Shown here piece by piece: positions 16,498 through 24,853 of a stretch of 46,961 nucleotides of DNA. The stretch is taken from the IMG/VR virus record IMGVR_UViG_3300028388_002071, positions 1-46,961 of that record; one strand, written 5' to 3'. This DNA comes from a virus. Taxonomy: Duplodnaviria > Caudoviricetes. The notes under the pieces were generated by a model, which was not told the DNA's origin, did not search any database, and worked only from the letters and a program-made list of their open reading frames with translations. The translations under genes were made by a program, and so were the position numbers. Each line of letters starts with the position of its first letter. Positions within the stretch are counted from its first letter, which is position 1.

Positions 16498-18619
16498 GCC
16501 GCTCAGCCTCAAGTCCGTCCCCTTCGCCGAGGCTCTAGTCGCCGCCCGCAGCCGGGGCGTCGTCCTGCCGGCGGAATACTACGGGGTGATGCAGGGCATC
16601 GAACGCGCGACCGCCTTCAGCGTCGCCAACGTCGCCGCACTGGACCAGCTACAGCAAACGCTAGACAGCCTAAACACTGCCCTCGACCAGGGCATGACCT
16701 TCGACCAGTGGAAGAACGAGGTGCTCGCTGCCCCGGAGGTGCTAGCCCTTCCGCAGCATAGGCTAGACAACATCTTCCGAACCAACCTTCAAGGCGCCTA
16801 CGCCCGGGGCCGCTGCCAGCAGATCGAAGCGAACAAAGAACAGCGCCCGTTCTTGATGTATTCGGCGACCAACGATTCCCGGGTTCGCCCCCACCACCTC
16901 GCCATGGACGGGTTTATCGGCGATGTGGATAGCGAGATATGGAAAAAGTGGATGCCCCCGGCCGGATACAGGTGCCGCTGCACTGTTATCGCCCTCACCG
17001 AAGAACAGGCCGCAGCGCGCAGGACGAAGGATCAGGTCAAGCTCGAAGAAGACACCGAACTGCTCGAAGCCCGCTACGGTGCGCTTATGAATGGCCCCGA
17101 CGACGGCTGGGACTACTCCCCCTGCGACGCGAACCCCGCCGATTGGGTCAAGCAAAAGGCCGTGGGCTACGACCCGGCCCTCGCCGTCGAGGCCCGTGCC
17201 ATCCCCGACGAGGCCGAGATCCTCCGCGACCAGTGGAACCCCGCCAAGTGGGAAAAGATCAGCGGCGCCAAGGGATCGAACAAGGGCGGCGTGTACGAGG
17301 CCCCAGACGGCACCCGGTTCTATGTGAAGCAATACGCCGACCCGGACCAAGCCCGCACCGAGTTCGCCACGAACAAGATCAACAACCTCATGGGGATCGA
17401 CACCCCCGAGAGCTACCTGCTCGACATGAACGGCGATCTCGTCATTGCCAACAAGTGGCGCGACGACTTCACCGCAGCCACCGTCGGCAAGCTCCAACAG
17501 TCCAAGTACAAGGTCGATATCCGCCGCGTCTACCAAGCCGCGGCCCTCACGAAAAACTGGGACGTGGTGGGCCTCGACTTCGACAACCTCGTCATCAACG
17601 GCAAGGGCCGCCTCGCCATCGTCGATAGCGGAGGCAGCCTCAAATTCCGCGCCCAGGGCGGCCCGAAGCCATTCGAGGCCGGCCCCATCGAAGAACTCGA
17701 CTCCCTGCTCAGCTACAGCTATAACCGGCAGGCCGCGGAGGTCTTCGGCAAGTACACGAAGGAGCAACTGCTCGTCGGCGTCCAGAACAACCTCGGCGAG
17801 ATTACCAAGACCAAGCTCGCCAACATCTTCCACGAAGCCGGTTTTGCCCCCGCTGAGGCAAAGTACCTCACCGACACCACCTGGGCGCGCGTGAAGTGGA
17901 TGCGCGAACTGGGCGCCCGGAGGAAGACCCGCACCCGGACAAAGAACCCCGTCCAGGCGACCGTCTTCCGCGATACCCCAGAGATCACGCCCGACGCAGC
18001 ATTCAAGCGCGCAAAGACAATCAGCCGGAGCACCGCCGAGGCTGGCTACAGAAAGGCCCGCCGCCTCGGCATGAGCGACGCCCAGGCAAAGGACGCCGGC
18101 ACCCTCACTGTCTACACCGGGGGCTCCTACCGTCGCATCAATAGGGTTCTCCGCGGAAAGGACAGTCCGAGCCCGTCGGTCTTGAACTACTCGAACGCGG
18201 CTGTGAGCGCTATGTCCCGGTTCGAGAAATACACCGGGGCAGTCACGCGAGGCCTAGATCTCTTCCCGGACGGGCAAGATGATTGGCTGAAGCGGATGAC
18301 AGCCGCAAAAGCGAAGGGCGAAGCGATAGAGTTCAAGTCGTTCGTCTCAACCGATACCAAGGGCGGCTGGGAAGCGGACACTAAGATTCACATCAACGCC
18401 ACCGGGTTTCAGGGCGTCGATGTGGATCGGTTCAGTGCGAACCAAGGCGAGAAAGAGATCCTATTCCCCCGGGGCGCCCGCTTTAAGCTCGACCGGATCG
18501 AATTCGGCGAGCCCATGTGGGACGGGAGAAGGCCGATGCACGTCTACCTCGAAGAAGTCCCCGAGGCATTCGAAGGGAAGGCCGTCACGTTCAGTCTTCC
18601 GGATCAAAGCCCCCAATAA
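16487..18619 (+). CDS. MuF/SPP1 gp7-type head protein with C-terminal kinase-like and ADP-ribosyltransferase domains
   Basis: MuF: IFRTN...AY.RGR, DSRVRP.H, PP.GYRCRC; kinase-like GSNKGG.Y...YVK...E, NWD....DN, IVD.GG; ART YTG..Y..IN..LR, TRG, FVST, EKEILF. Confidence 0.88.
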   Translation: MANKPLSLKSVPFAEALVAARSRGVVLPAEYYGVMQGIERATAFSVANVAALDQLQQTLDSLNTALDQGMTFDQWKNEVLAAPEVLALPQHRLDNIFRTNLQGAYARGRCQQIEANKEQRPFLMYSATNDSRVRPHHLAMDGFIGDVDSEIWKKWMPPAGYRCRCTVIALTEEQAAARRTKDQVKLEEDTELLEARYGALMNGPDDGWDYSPCDANPADWVKQKAVGYDPALAVEARAIPDEAEILRDQWNPAKWEKISGAKGSNKGGVYEAPDGTRFYVKQYADPDQARTEFATNKINNLMGIDTPESYLLDMNGDLVIANKWRDDFTAATVGKLQQSKYKVDIRRVYQAAALTKNWDVVGLDFDNLVINGKGRLAIVDSGGSLKFRAQGGPKPFEAGPIEELDSLLSYSYNRQAAEVFGKYTKEQLLVGVQNNLGEITKTKLANIFHEAGFAPAEAKYLTDTTWARVKWMRELGARRKTRTRTKNPVQATVFRDTPEITPDAAFKRAKTISRSTAEAGYRKARRLGMSDAQAKDAGTLTVYTGGSYRRINRVLRGKDSPSPSVLNYSNAAVSAMSRFEKYTGAVTRGLDLFPDGQDDWLKRMTAAKAKGEAIEFKSFVSTDTKGGWEADTKIHINATGFQGVDVDRFSANQGEKEILFPRGARFKLDRIEFGEPMWDGRRPMHVYLEEVPEAFEGKAVTFSLPDQSPQ

Positions 18620-18770
18620 ACGGGTCGTCATCGGCGAGCCAAGAGGGGGTGCCCTCGCGCTCCGCTTCTTCCGCACGGCGGCGCATCTGCGCGGCCCAGC
18701 CGTCGAGGTGCAGATCCCATTCTTCCTGCGTCCAGCCCTCCGGGGGCGGCGCCCTATAAACGTCAGACAT
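18591..18770 (-). CDS. 59-aa acidic protein (MSDVYRAPPPEGWTQEEWDLHLDGW...FDPED), not in ORF track
   Basis: AAGGTGA RBS before ATG 18770; convergent with and overlapping the MuF-toxin 3' end by 29 bp. Confidence 0.6.
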   Translation of the reverse strand: MSDVYRAPPPEGWTQEEWDLHLDGWAAQMRRRAEEAEREGTPSWLADDDPFIGGFDPED

Positions 18771-18793
18771 AAAATCACCTTTTAGGTTATAAT
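18764..18793 (+). promoter_or_regulatory. Promoter for the 123-aa gene in an AT-rich divergent spacer
   Basis: CAGACA-18-TATAAT; degenerate operator-like CACCTTTTAGGTT (18776-18788). Confidence 0.5.
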
Positions 18794-18824
18794 GGCATTT
18801 TAGTTAACCGCGGAGGAAAAGCAA

Positions 18825-19196
18825 ATGTGGCTAATCATGAATGACTCGTTCCTTTCCGTCGTTGCCCACCGGCACCGCCAGAACTACCTGCTCGTCCGCG
18901 CCCGCAAGGCCGGCGATATCGAAAAGGTCTTCCCCGACGCTCACGTCGCCGAGGATCCGTTCGCCGACTACCGATTCCGCGCCGTCATCCCGCGCGCCGA
19001 AGTCGCCCAGGCCGTCGCCGGCGAATTGCTGGCGATCAGCTACGACAACTTCAAAAACTCCGTCGCCGACGACTACCGTCACGACGTGTACGCCGACGTT
19101 TGGAGCGTTTTGACCAAGCTCCAGCCCGAGGGCGGCCGATACCACTTCGCGCAAAACGACGACAGCCCAGCCAGCGAAGCGTTCAACGTCTACTGA
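18825..19196 (+). CDS. Hypothetical protein, candidate MuF-toxin immunity protein
   Basis: GGAGG RBS, own promoter and hairpin; MW....F.SVV...LVRAR...DY.FR...YDNFK..V...Y..VW. Confidence 0.75.
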   Translation: MWLIMNDSFLSVVAHRHRQNYLLVRARKAGDIEKVFPDAHVAEDPFADYRFRAVIPRAEVAQAVAGELLAISYDNFKNSVADDYRHDVYADVWSVLTKLQPEGGRYHFAQNDDSPASEAFNVY

Positions 19197-19202
19197 CCCT
19201 CC

Positions 19203-19226
19203 GAGGCCCGCCACCCGGCGGGCCTC
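19203..19226. terminator. GC-rich hairpin between convergent genes
   Basis: GAGGCCCGCC-ACCC-GGCGGGCCTC perfect 10-bp stem. Confidence 0.65.
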
Positions 19227-19233
19227 ACCGCGG

Positions 19234-19407
19234 TTACGGCAACCGAACCGCATCGCCAGGGCGCATGAACGTCGCCCGCGCCAGGAAGCCCCTCTTGACC
19301 AGCAACGGCACCGCCGATCGGGCCGGGCCCGGAATGTTGGCGAGCATCAGCTTGCCGTTGTTGGTGGTTGCGAGCAGAGCTTGGATTTCGGCTAGTGGGT
19401 TGGTCAT
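19234..19407 (-). CDS. 57-aa basic protein (MTNPLAEIQALLATTNNGKL...), not in ORF track
   Basis: AAGGAG RBS; dedicated operator-bearing promoter upstream; hairpin downstream. Confidence 0.65.
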   Translation of the reverse strand: MTNPLAEIQALLATTNNGKLMLANIPGPARSAVPLLVKRGFLARATFMRPGDAVRLP

Positions 19408-19437
19408 TTCAGGCTCCTTGCAGGCGGGTTATTTAAT

Positions 19438-19478
19438 TAGCGTAGAGGTAATTTTAGGCGATGAAATTATGAATGCAA
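19438..19478 (-). promoter_or_regulatory. Leftward sigma70 promoter with 13-bp operator
   Basis: TTGCAT-16-TAAAAT immediately followed by TACCTCTACGCTA (19438-19450). Confidence 0.7.
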
Positions 19479-19565
19479 CTCCTGAAAGGGCGAAAAAACG
19501 AAAAAAATCCGTCGCTTCGGACCACCCCGACCAACCTGACACGGGAAAGAGCTATAAGCCAGGGC

Positions 19566-20525
19566 ATGAAAACGAAAATTCCACCCCAGGCATATCAGTT
19601 CCGCGTCACCCCGCCCGAGCTAGCGCAGCGCACCGACGTTGACGAAGCCCAGGGCGAGGAACCCCGCCGCTTCCGCGGCGTAGGCTACACCGGCAAGGCC
19701 CTCCGGCACCCCTACTGGGGGGTCGTGGTTTTCGACGTCGCGGGCACCCGGGCGAACAGCCCGACCCCGATCCTCGTCGATCATAACCCCGCCAAGCGCG
19801 CCGGCTTCGCCACGCTCTCCTTCGAGAACGGTCAGATCACCATTGACGAAGGCACCCTTCTCGACAACGAACACGGTGCCGCTATAGCCGCAGAGTCGGA
19901 CCAGGGGTTCCCCTGGCAGATGAGCGTTTACATCGAACCCGAGCGGGTCGAAGAACTCGCCGCCGGCGCCACCACCGAAGTCAACGGGCAGGCCGTCCAC
20001 GGGCCCGCCAACATCTTCCGCGGGAACTTCATCCGCGAAGTCAGCTTCACGCCCACCGGCGTGGACTATGAAACCACTGCCGAGGCCCTAAGCGCCGCAG
20101 CCGCAGTCAGCACCACCCCCCAAGATGAGGAACCGACGATGACCCTTGAAGAACTTCAAGAGCAAAACGCGGCGCTCCAGGCCAGCCTCGACGCCGCCAA
20201 CGAACGCGCCAGCGCAGCCGAGGCCCGTGCCCAGGCCGCCGAGGACGCCGTTCAGCAAGTTAAGAAAGACCAGCGCATGAGCGCAGTCCGCGAACTGTTT
20301 TCCGCCATCGGCAAGGACTACAGCGACGAAGCCGCCGCCCCCTACGCCGCAATGGACGACGCCGCTTTCGCCGCCGTCAGCGAGCAGATGAAAGCCCTCG
20401 CCCACAAGGCCCCCGAGGAACTGTTCTCGGCACAGGCCGAATCCGGCCGCAACCCGAACGCCGCCGACGACGAGGTGATCGACTACCGCGCGATCTACGC
20501 TTCGCACAACGGCCAAGTGTCCTGA
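19566..20525 (+). CDS. Prohead protease/scaffold (Mu gpI/Z-like); probable nested scaffold start at 20139
   Basis: F.GV.Y.G, P.LVDH, GFPWQMSV, IREVSF...G.D..T, then coiled coil; internal GAGGA RBS + ATG. Confidence 0.8.
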   Translation: MKTKIPPQAYQFRVTPPELAQRTDVDEAQGEEPRRFRGVGYTGKALRHPYWGVVVFDVAGTRANSPTPILVDHNPAKRAGFATLSFENGQITIDEGTLLDNEHGAAIAAESDQGFPWQMSVYIEPERVEELAAGATTEVNGQAVHGPANIFRGNFIREVSFTPTGVDYETTAEALSAAAAVSTTPQDEEPTMTLEELQEQNAALQASLDAANERASAAEARAQAAEDAVQQVKKDQRMSAVRELFSAIGKDYSDEAAAPYAAMDDAAFAAVSEQMKALAHKAPEELFSAQAESGRNPNAADDEVIDYRAIYASHNGQVS

Positions 20526-20551
20526 ACCTAACAGATCGCAGGAGATAGCTC

Positions 20552-20920
20552 ATGCCCTCGCTTACTCAAACGAACCGCACCGCCGAGTTCCTCGCCTCCG
20601 AGGCAACCGGAACCCGCAGCCGCGATGTAGTCACCCTCCTTGCCAACCAAGTCGTCAAGGCCGGCGAAGTCCTCGGCAAAGTGACCGCCTCCGGCAAGTA
20701 CGTCGCCTTCAACCAAGACGCCGCAGACGGCAGCGAAGCCGCCGCCGCTATTGCCTACGAAGACGCGGACGCCACCGGCGCCGACCTGAGCATCACGGTC
20801 ATTATCCGCGACGCCGAGGTCTACAGCGCAAAGCTCACTTGGCCGTCCGACATTACGGAAGGCGAACAGGCGACCGCCGAAGGCGAACTCGCCGCCCTTG
20901 GAATCATTGTGCGGTCCTAA
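20552..20920 (+). CDS. Head decoration protein (lambda gpD-like)
   Basis: SR+.+T....AG.VLGKVTASGKY......DGS..A.AI, L.WP, L..LGI. Confidence 0.88.
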   Translation: MPSLTQTNRTAEFLASEATGTRSRDVVTLLANQVVKAGEVLGKVTASGKYVAFNQDAADGSEAAAAIAYEDADATGADLSITVIIRDAEVYSAKLTWPSDITEGEQATAEGELAALGIIVRS

Positions 20921-20946
20921 CGCCGCGGAACTAACAGGAGATAGTC

Positions 20947-21924
20947 ATGCTTGACGTATTCACTCCCTCGGCGTTCAAACTGCTAACGCTGACCGGCGCA
21001 ATCAACAAAGTCCCCTATACCCCGACCCGCATCGGCCAGCTTGGCCTGTTCCAGAGCGCCGGCATCAATACCCTGGATGCCGTTGTCGAGGAAAACGGCG
21101 GCTCCCTGAGCCTCCTGAGTGCCATCCCCCGCGGCGCCCCCTCCAGCCCCGAGGTCGGCACGAACCGCACCGTCCGCACGTTCCGCGTCCCGCACATCGC
21201 CCAGGAAGCCAACATCATGGCCGACGAAGTGCAAGGCGTCCGCGCCTTCGGTGCGAACTCGCAAGCCGAGGTGCTCCAGACCCGCATCAACGAGCGCCTA
21301 GCCACCATGCGCCGGAACATCGACTACACCATCGAAGCCCACCGGCTAAACGCCATCATGGGGACGATGTACAACGCGAACGGCGGCACCACCTCGCTGT
21401 TCACCGAGTTCGGTGTCAGCCAGCAGACCGTGGACATGGTTCTCGACAGCGACACGACGGAGGTCCGCGGGAAGGTCCTTGATGCCAAGATCGCCATGGA
21501 AGACGCCCTCGGCGGCATCCCTTACACGGGTGTGCACGTTCTCTGCGGCATCACCTTCTGGAAGTCGCTGATCGAACACCCGCTGGTCAAGGAAAGCTGG
21601 ATCAGCACCGAGGCCGCCAGCGCCCTCCGTCAGGATCCCAACACCCCGCTGGTCTACGCCGGCGCAACCTGGGAATACTACCGGGGCACCAGCGCCGTAA
21701 AGATCGGCGATAACGACGCCTATCTGATCCCGATGGGTGTCCCCCAGCTTTTCATCACCCGCTACGGGCCGGCCGACTATAACGAGACGGTCAACAGCAT
21801 CGGTCTTCCGTACTACTCGAAGGGCGAGCCGCTCCCCTTCAACAAGGGCTGGAAGCTGGAGGCGCAGTCGAACCCGATCAGCCTCTGCACCCGCCCCAAC
21901 GCGGTCATCAAGCTCACCGTGTGA
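20947..21924 (+). CDS. Major capsid protein (lambda gpE family)
   Basis: F....LT.AIN..P..P..IG.LG.F, RG.P, ADEVQGVRAFG, QSNP..LCTRP. Confidence 0.93.
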   Translation: MLDVFTPSAFKLLTLTGAINKVPYTPTRIGQLGLFQSAGINTLDAVVEENGGSLSLLSAIPRGAPSSPEVGTNRTVRTFRVPHIAQEANIMADEVQGVRAFGANSQAEVLQTRINERLATMRRNIDYTIEAHRLNAIMGTMYNANGGTTSLFTEFGVSQQTVDMVLDSDTTEVRGKVLDAKIAMEDALGGIPYTGVHVLCGITFWKSLIEHPLVKESWISTEAASALRQDPNTPLVYAGATWEYYRGTSAVKIGDNDAYLIPMGVPQLFITRYGPADYNETVNSIGLPYYSKGEPLPFNKGWKLEAQSNPISLCTRPNAVIKLTV

Positions 21925-21930
21925 TGACCG

Positions 21931-22356
21931 ATGGCGTACTGCACTGAGCAAGACCTGATCGACCGTTTCGGTTCCGACGAGTTGCTTGACGCAACCGACC
22001 GGGACCGGGACGGGGTGGTCGATCCAACGGTGCTGGCCCAGGCAATCGCCGACGCCGATGCCGACATAGACCGTCACTTGCGCGCGCGGTACGTCGTCCC
22101 CGTAGAAGGTGCAGGCGAGCTCACAAGGCTCGCCTGCGACCTGACCCGATACTACTTCTGGGGCATCGCCGCCCCAGAGCACGTTGCCGAGCGGTACAAG
22201 GCCGCCCTGGCGACGCTCAAGGACTACGCAAAGGGAACCATTACCCTGGACGCAGAGCTTGTGACGGCCGCGGAGAGCGGCCCCAGGAGCCCCGCGGTAG
22301 TCGCCCCCAGCCGCATCTTTACCTCCACCGCGCTTGACGACTTGGAGGTGAAATGA
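21931..22356 (+). CDS. Head-tail adaptor (Mu gp36/DUF1320-like)
   Basis: MAYCT..DL..RFG..EL, A+ADA...ID..L..RY..P, CD+.RY, RY..A...L. Confidence 0.88.
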   Translation: MAYCTEQDLIDRFGSDELLDATDRDRDGVVDPTVLAQAIADADADIDRHLRARYVVPVEGAGELTRLACDLTRYYFWGIAAPEHVAERYKAALATLKDYAKGTITLDAELVTAAESGPRSPAVVAPSRIFTSTALDDLEVK

Positions 22357-22877
22357 GTTGGGAAATTGACCTCAACGACGGCGGCGCCAGCAAGGCACTG
22401 AATAAAGCCTACGACAAGCTCGCCAACCCCGTCCCCCTATACGACGAGATCGGACAAGCCCTCGCCGAAGAAGTCCGCCTGGGCTTTAACGATGCCTCGG
22501 ACCCCTATGGTCAGGCTTGGGCGCACCCGGTATTCCGCAGCGGCCAGCCGCTACGCGACACCGGGCGCCTCATGAACAGCATCACCCACGCCGCCGATAG
22601 CACCGGCATCGAAGTCGGGACCAACGTCTGCTATGCCGCCACCCACCAGTTCGGCGCGCTCATCAGCGCGACCCCCGGGCAGGGCGGCGAGAATGCCTGC
22701 GGCGCGAAGAAGGGCGCCCCCTTCCTCGTCTTCCAAGGCGCCAACGGCCCGATATTCGCCAAGCAAGTCAACGTCCCAGCACGCCCCTTCCTCCCGACGC
22801 AGGAAGGAGGGATGCCCGCCCACTGGCTCAACCTGATCGCCTCCCGCGTAAGCGCATGGACGGGGTTCGGCTCATGA
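22353..22877 (+). CDS. Virion morphogenesis protein (Mu gpG-like)
   Basis: DP.G..W, PL.DTG.LM.SI, VGTN..YA.THQFG, +PARPFL. Confidence 0.88.
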   Translation: MSWEIDLNDGGASKALNKAYDKLANPVPLYDEIGQALAEEVRLGFNDASDPYGQAWAHPVFRSGQPLRDTGRLMNSITHAADSTGIEVGTNVCYAATHQFGALISATPGQGGENACGAKKGAPFLVFQGANGPIFAKQVNVPARPFLPTQEGGMPAHWLNLIASRVSAWTGFGS

Positions 22878-23290
22878 TCCTCGACGTGGAAACCGCCATC
22901 GTCTCGCGCTTGCAGGCTCACGGGGTCTGCGAGGCCGTTTACACCGCCAGCGAACTCAGCGCCATCACCGAGCGCGCCCAGATCACGCCCGCGGTGCACG
23001 TCATCTATAGCGGCTATTCCCCGACCCGGGAAGTCGGCCGCGGCGCCATACAGGAAGTCGAGACCCGCTGGACCGTTGTGGTCGCCGTGCGGAGCGCCCG
23101 ACGGGACGGTCCACATGAAAAGGCGGATCAGATATTCGACGACGTGATCGCGGCCCTGGCGGGTTGGTCGCCGGGCGAGGGGCGGAGCCCCCTCCGCCTA
23201 ACCGCAGCCCCGGCCGCCGAACACCGCCCGGGGTTTTCTTACTACCCGGTCCAGTTCACCACCCGCGAGACGGTTCGCGGGACCACCTGA
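22874..23290 (+). CDS. Tail terminator/completion protein (Mu gp37-like)
   Basis: E.AI..RL, PAV.V.Y.G, W.VVV, V..AL.GW.P, YYP..F. Confidence 0.75.
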   Translation: MILDVETAIVSRLQAHGVCEAVYTASELSAITERAQITPAVHVIYSGYSPTREVGRGAIQEVETRWTVVVAVRSARRDGPHEKADQIFDDVIAALAGWSPGEGRSPLRLTAAPAAEHRPGFSYYPVQFTTRETVRGTT

Positions 23291-23301
23291 CAGGAGGCCG
23301 G

Positions 23302-23673
23302 ATGGCAGACCATGACGATGACCTTCGCAGGGTGGAGCACGAATTACACGCCATCGACAAGCGCCTGACGCGGGTCGAAGCGAACCAGTCCGCCGACGAA
23401 GACCGGCGCTCGCTATTCGAACACGCGATGGAGGAAACGCACCGCCAGCTTGAAAACAAGATCGACGGGGTGCGCGAGGCCGTCACGCTTGGCATTACCC
23501 GCGTCGACCGACGCCTCGCCGAGCACATTGATCAGGAAGACCAAGACCGGCGCGACCTACTCGCCGCGCAACGGGAAACGATCAACGGACTACGGAACGT
23601 CGCCTGGACCGTGGGCATAGCCCTCGCAACCGGATTAGCGACAATCGTTTTAAAGCACCTCGGGGTGCTGTGA
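23302..23673 (+). CDS. Coiled-coil protein with C-terminal membrane anchor (possible lysis accessory)
   Basis: AGGAGG RBS; heptad-rich; hydrophobic C-terminal helix. Confidence 0.65.
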   Translation: MADHDDDLRRVEHELHAIDKRLTRVEANQSADEDRRSLFEHAMEETHRQLENKIDGVREAVTLGITRVDRRLAEHIDQEDQDRRDLLAAQRETINGLRNVAWTVGIALATGLATIVLKHLGVL

Positions 23674-23684
23674 AGGAGTACGCC

Positions 23685-23894
23685 ATGCAGGAAGTGGAAC
23701 TTAACGACGACGAACGGACCAAGTGCGAAGTCTGGACCCGGGTGATGGGCTACCACCGTCCCGTGGACCAGTGGAACAAAGGCAAACAATCCGAACACGC
23801 CGAACGGCTCTACTTCCGCGAGGAACACGCCGTCGGGATTAAGGAGCGTGACTCATGGCGGCAAGAGTCTCCCCAGAACGCGCCCAGAAACTAG
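23685..23894 (+). CDS. Stand-alone NrdD C-terminal (glycyl-radical) domain
   Basis: RTKCEVWTRVMGYHRPVDQWNKGKQSEHAER matches the class III RNR C-terminal RVxGY loop; AAGGAG RBS. Confidence 0.85.
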   Translation: MQEVELNDDERTKCEVWTRVMGYHRPVDQWNKGKQSEHAERLYFREEHAVGIKERDSWRQESPQNAPRN

Positions 23895-24853
23895 CCGCCG
23901 CTTGGCTCTCGGGCAAGTACACGAAAATGTCGGAGGTCTTCGACGCCGTGGGCATTTCCACTTCAACGCGGAACCAACACGCGATCCGCCGCGAGGTGGA
24001 GCGCATGCTCGGTATTTCGCTGCCCCGGCTCAACTTCAACGGCGTCCCGAACAGCCCCGCGGCCGTTAACCTCCCGCACCGCATCGTACAGCACCGCGAG
24101 GAAAAGCCCTACACCATCGTCGTCTTCAGCGACGCCCATTTCTGGCCCGGGGACCGCACCCCCGCCTATTCGATCCTGCTCCAAGTCATTCGGGACGTGA
24201 AGCCCGACATCATCCTCGACAACGGCGACAGCTTCGACGGTAGCAGCATCAGCCGCTTCACCCCGAGTATTTGGGAAGACCTGCCGACCCTAAAGGACGA
24301 ACTCGCCGCGGTACGCGAGCGCTGCGACGAGATCGTCGAGGTCGCCCCGAAAAAGGCCAAGCTCTACCGCAACCTCGGCAATCACGACATTCGTCTAGAG
24401 GCGCGCCTCGCCGACGTGGCGCCCCAGCTTAAAGGCATGCCCGGGACGACCATCGACGAGATCCTCGGCCCCAAGTGGACGCACCAGTTCGCCATGTGCT
24501 TCAACGACGCCCTCGTCGTCAAGCACCGCATCCGCGGCGGCATCCACGCCCGCCGCAACAACGCCATCGCCGGCATGGTCAGCATCTGCACCGGGCACAC
24601 GCACCGCCTGGGCATCACCTATGTCGACAGCTACGCCGGCCGGATCTACAGCATGGAGACGGGCACCCTCTCCCAGGTGGACAGCCCCGCCTTCAGCTAT
24701 CTCGAAGACAACCCTCGGGACTGGCAATCCGGGTTCGGCATCTGGCACATCGACCCCGACGGCCCTGGCGGCAAGCCCCTACTCCACCCCGAGGTCGTCG
24801 AGGTCAAGCTCGACGGAACCGCATTCTACGGGGGCAAGAGGTACACGCCATGA
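23855..24853 (+). CDS. Calcineurin-like metallophosphoesterase
   Basis: SDAH, NGDSFD, GNHD, KH, GHTH motifs. Confidence 0.88.
   Translation: MAARVSPERAQKLAAAWLSGKYTKMSEVFDAVGISTSTRNQHAIRREVERMLGISLPRLNFNGVPNSPAAVNLPHRIVQHREEKPYTIVVFSDAHFWPGDRTPAYSILLQVIRDVKPDIILDNGDSFDGSSISRFTPSIWEDLPTLKDELAAVRERCDEIVEVAPKKAKLYRNLGNHDIRLEARLADVAPQLKGMPGTTIDEILGPKWTHQFAMCFNDALVVKHRIRGGIHARRNNAIAGMVSICTGHTHRLGITYVDSYAGRIYSMETGTLSQVDSPAFSYLEDNPRDWQSGFGIWHIDPDGPGGKPLLHPEVVEVKLDGTAFYGGKRYTP

Noticed and set aside
14971-23290. Transposable Mu-like phage
   Set aside because: No DDE transposase, MuB, Mor or Mu ends; integration is by tyrosine integrase at a tRNA
23685-23894. Decayed nrdD pseudogene
   Set aside because: Own strong RBS and start, intact motif, and no upstream NrdD remnant in any listed frame
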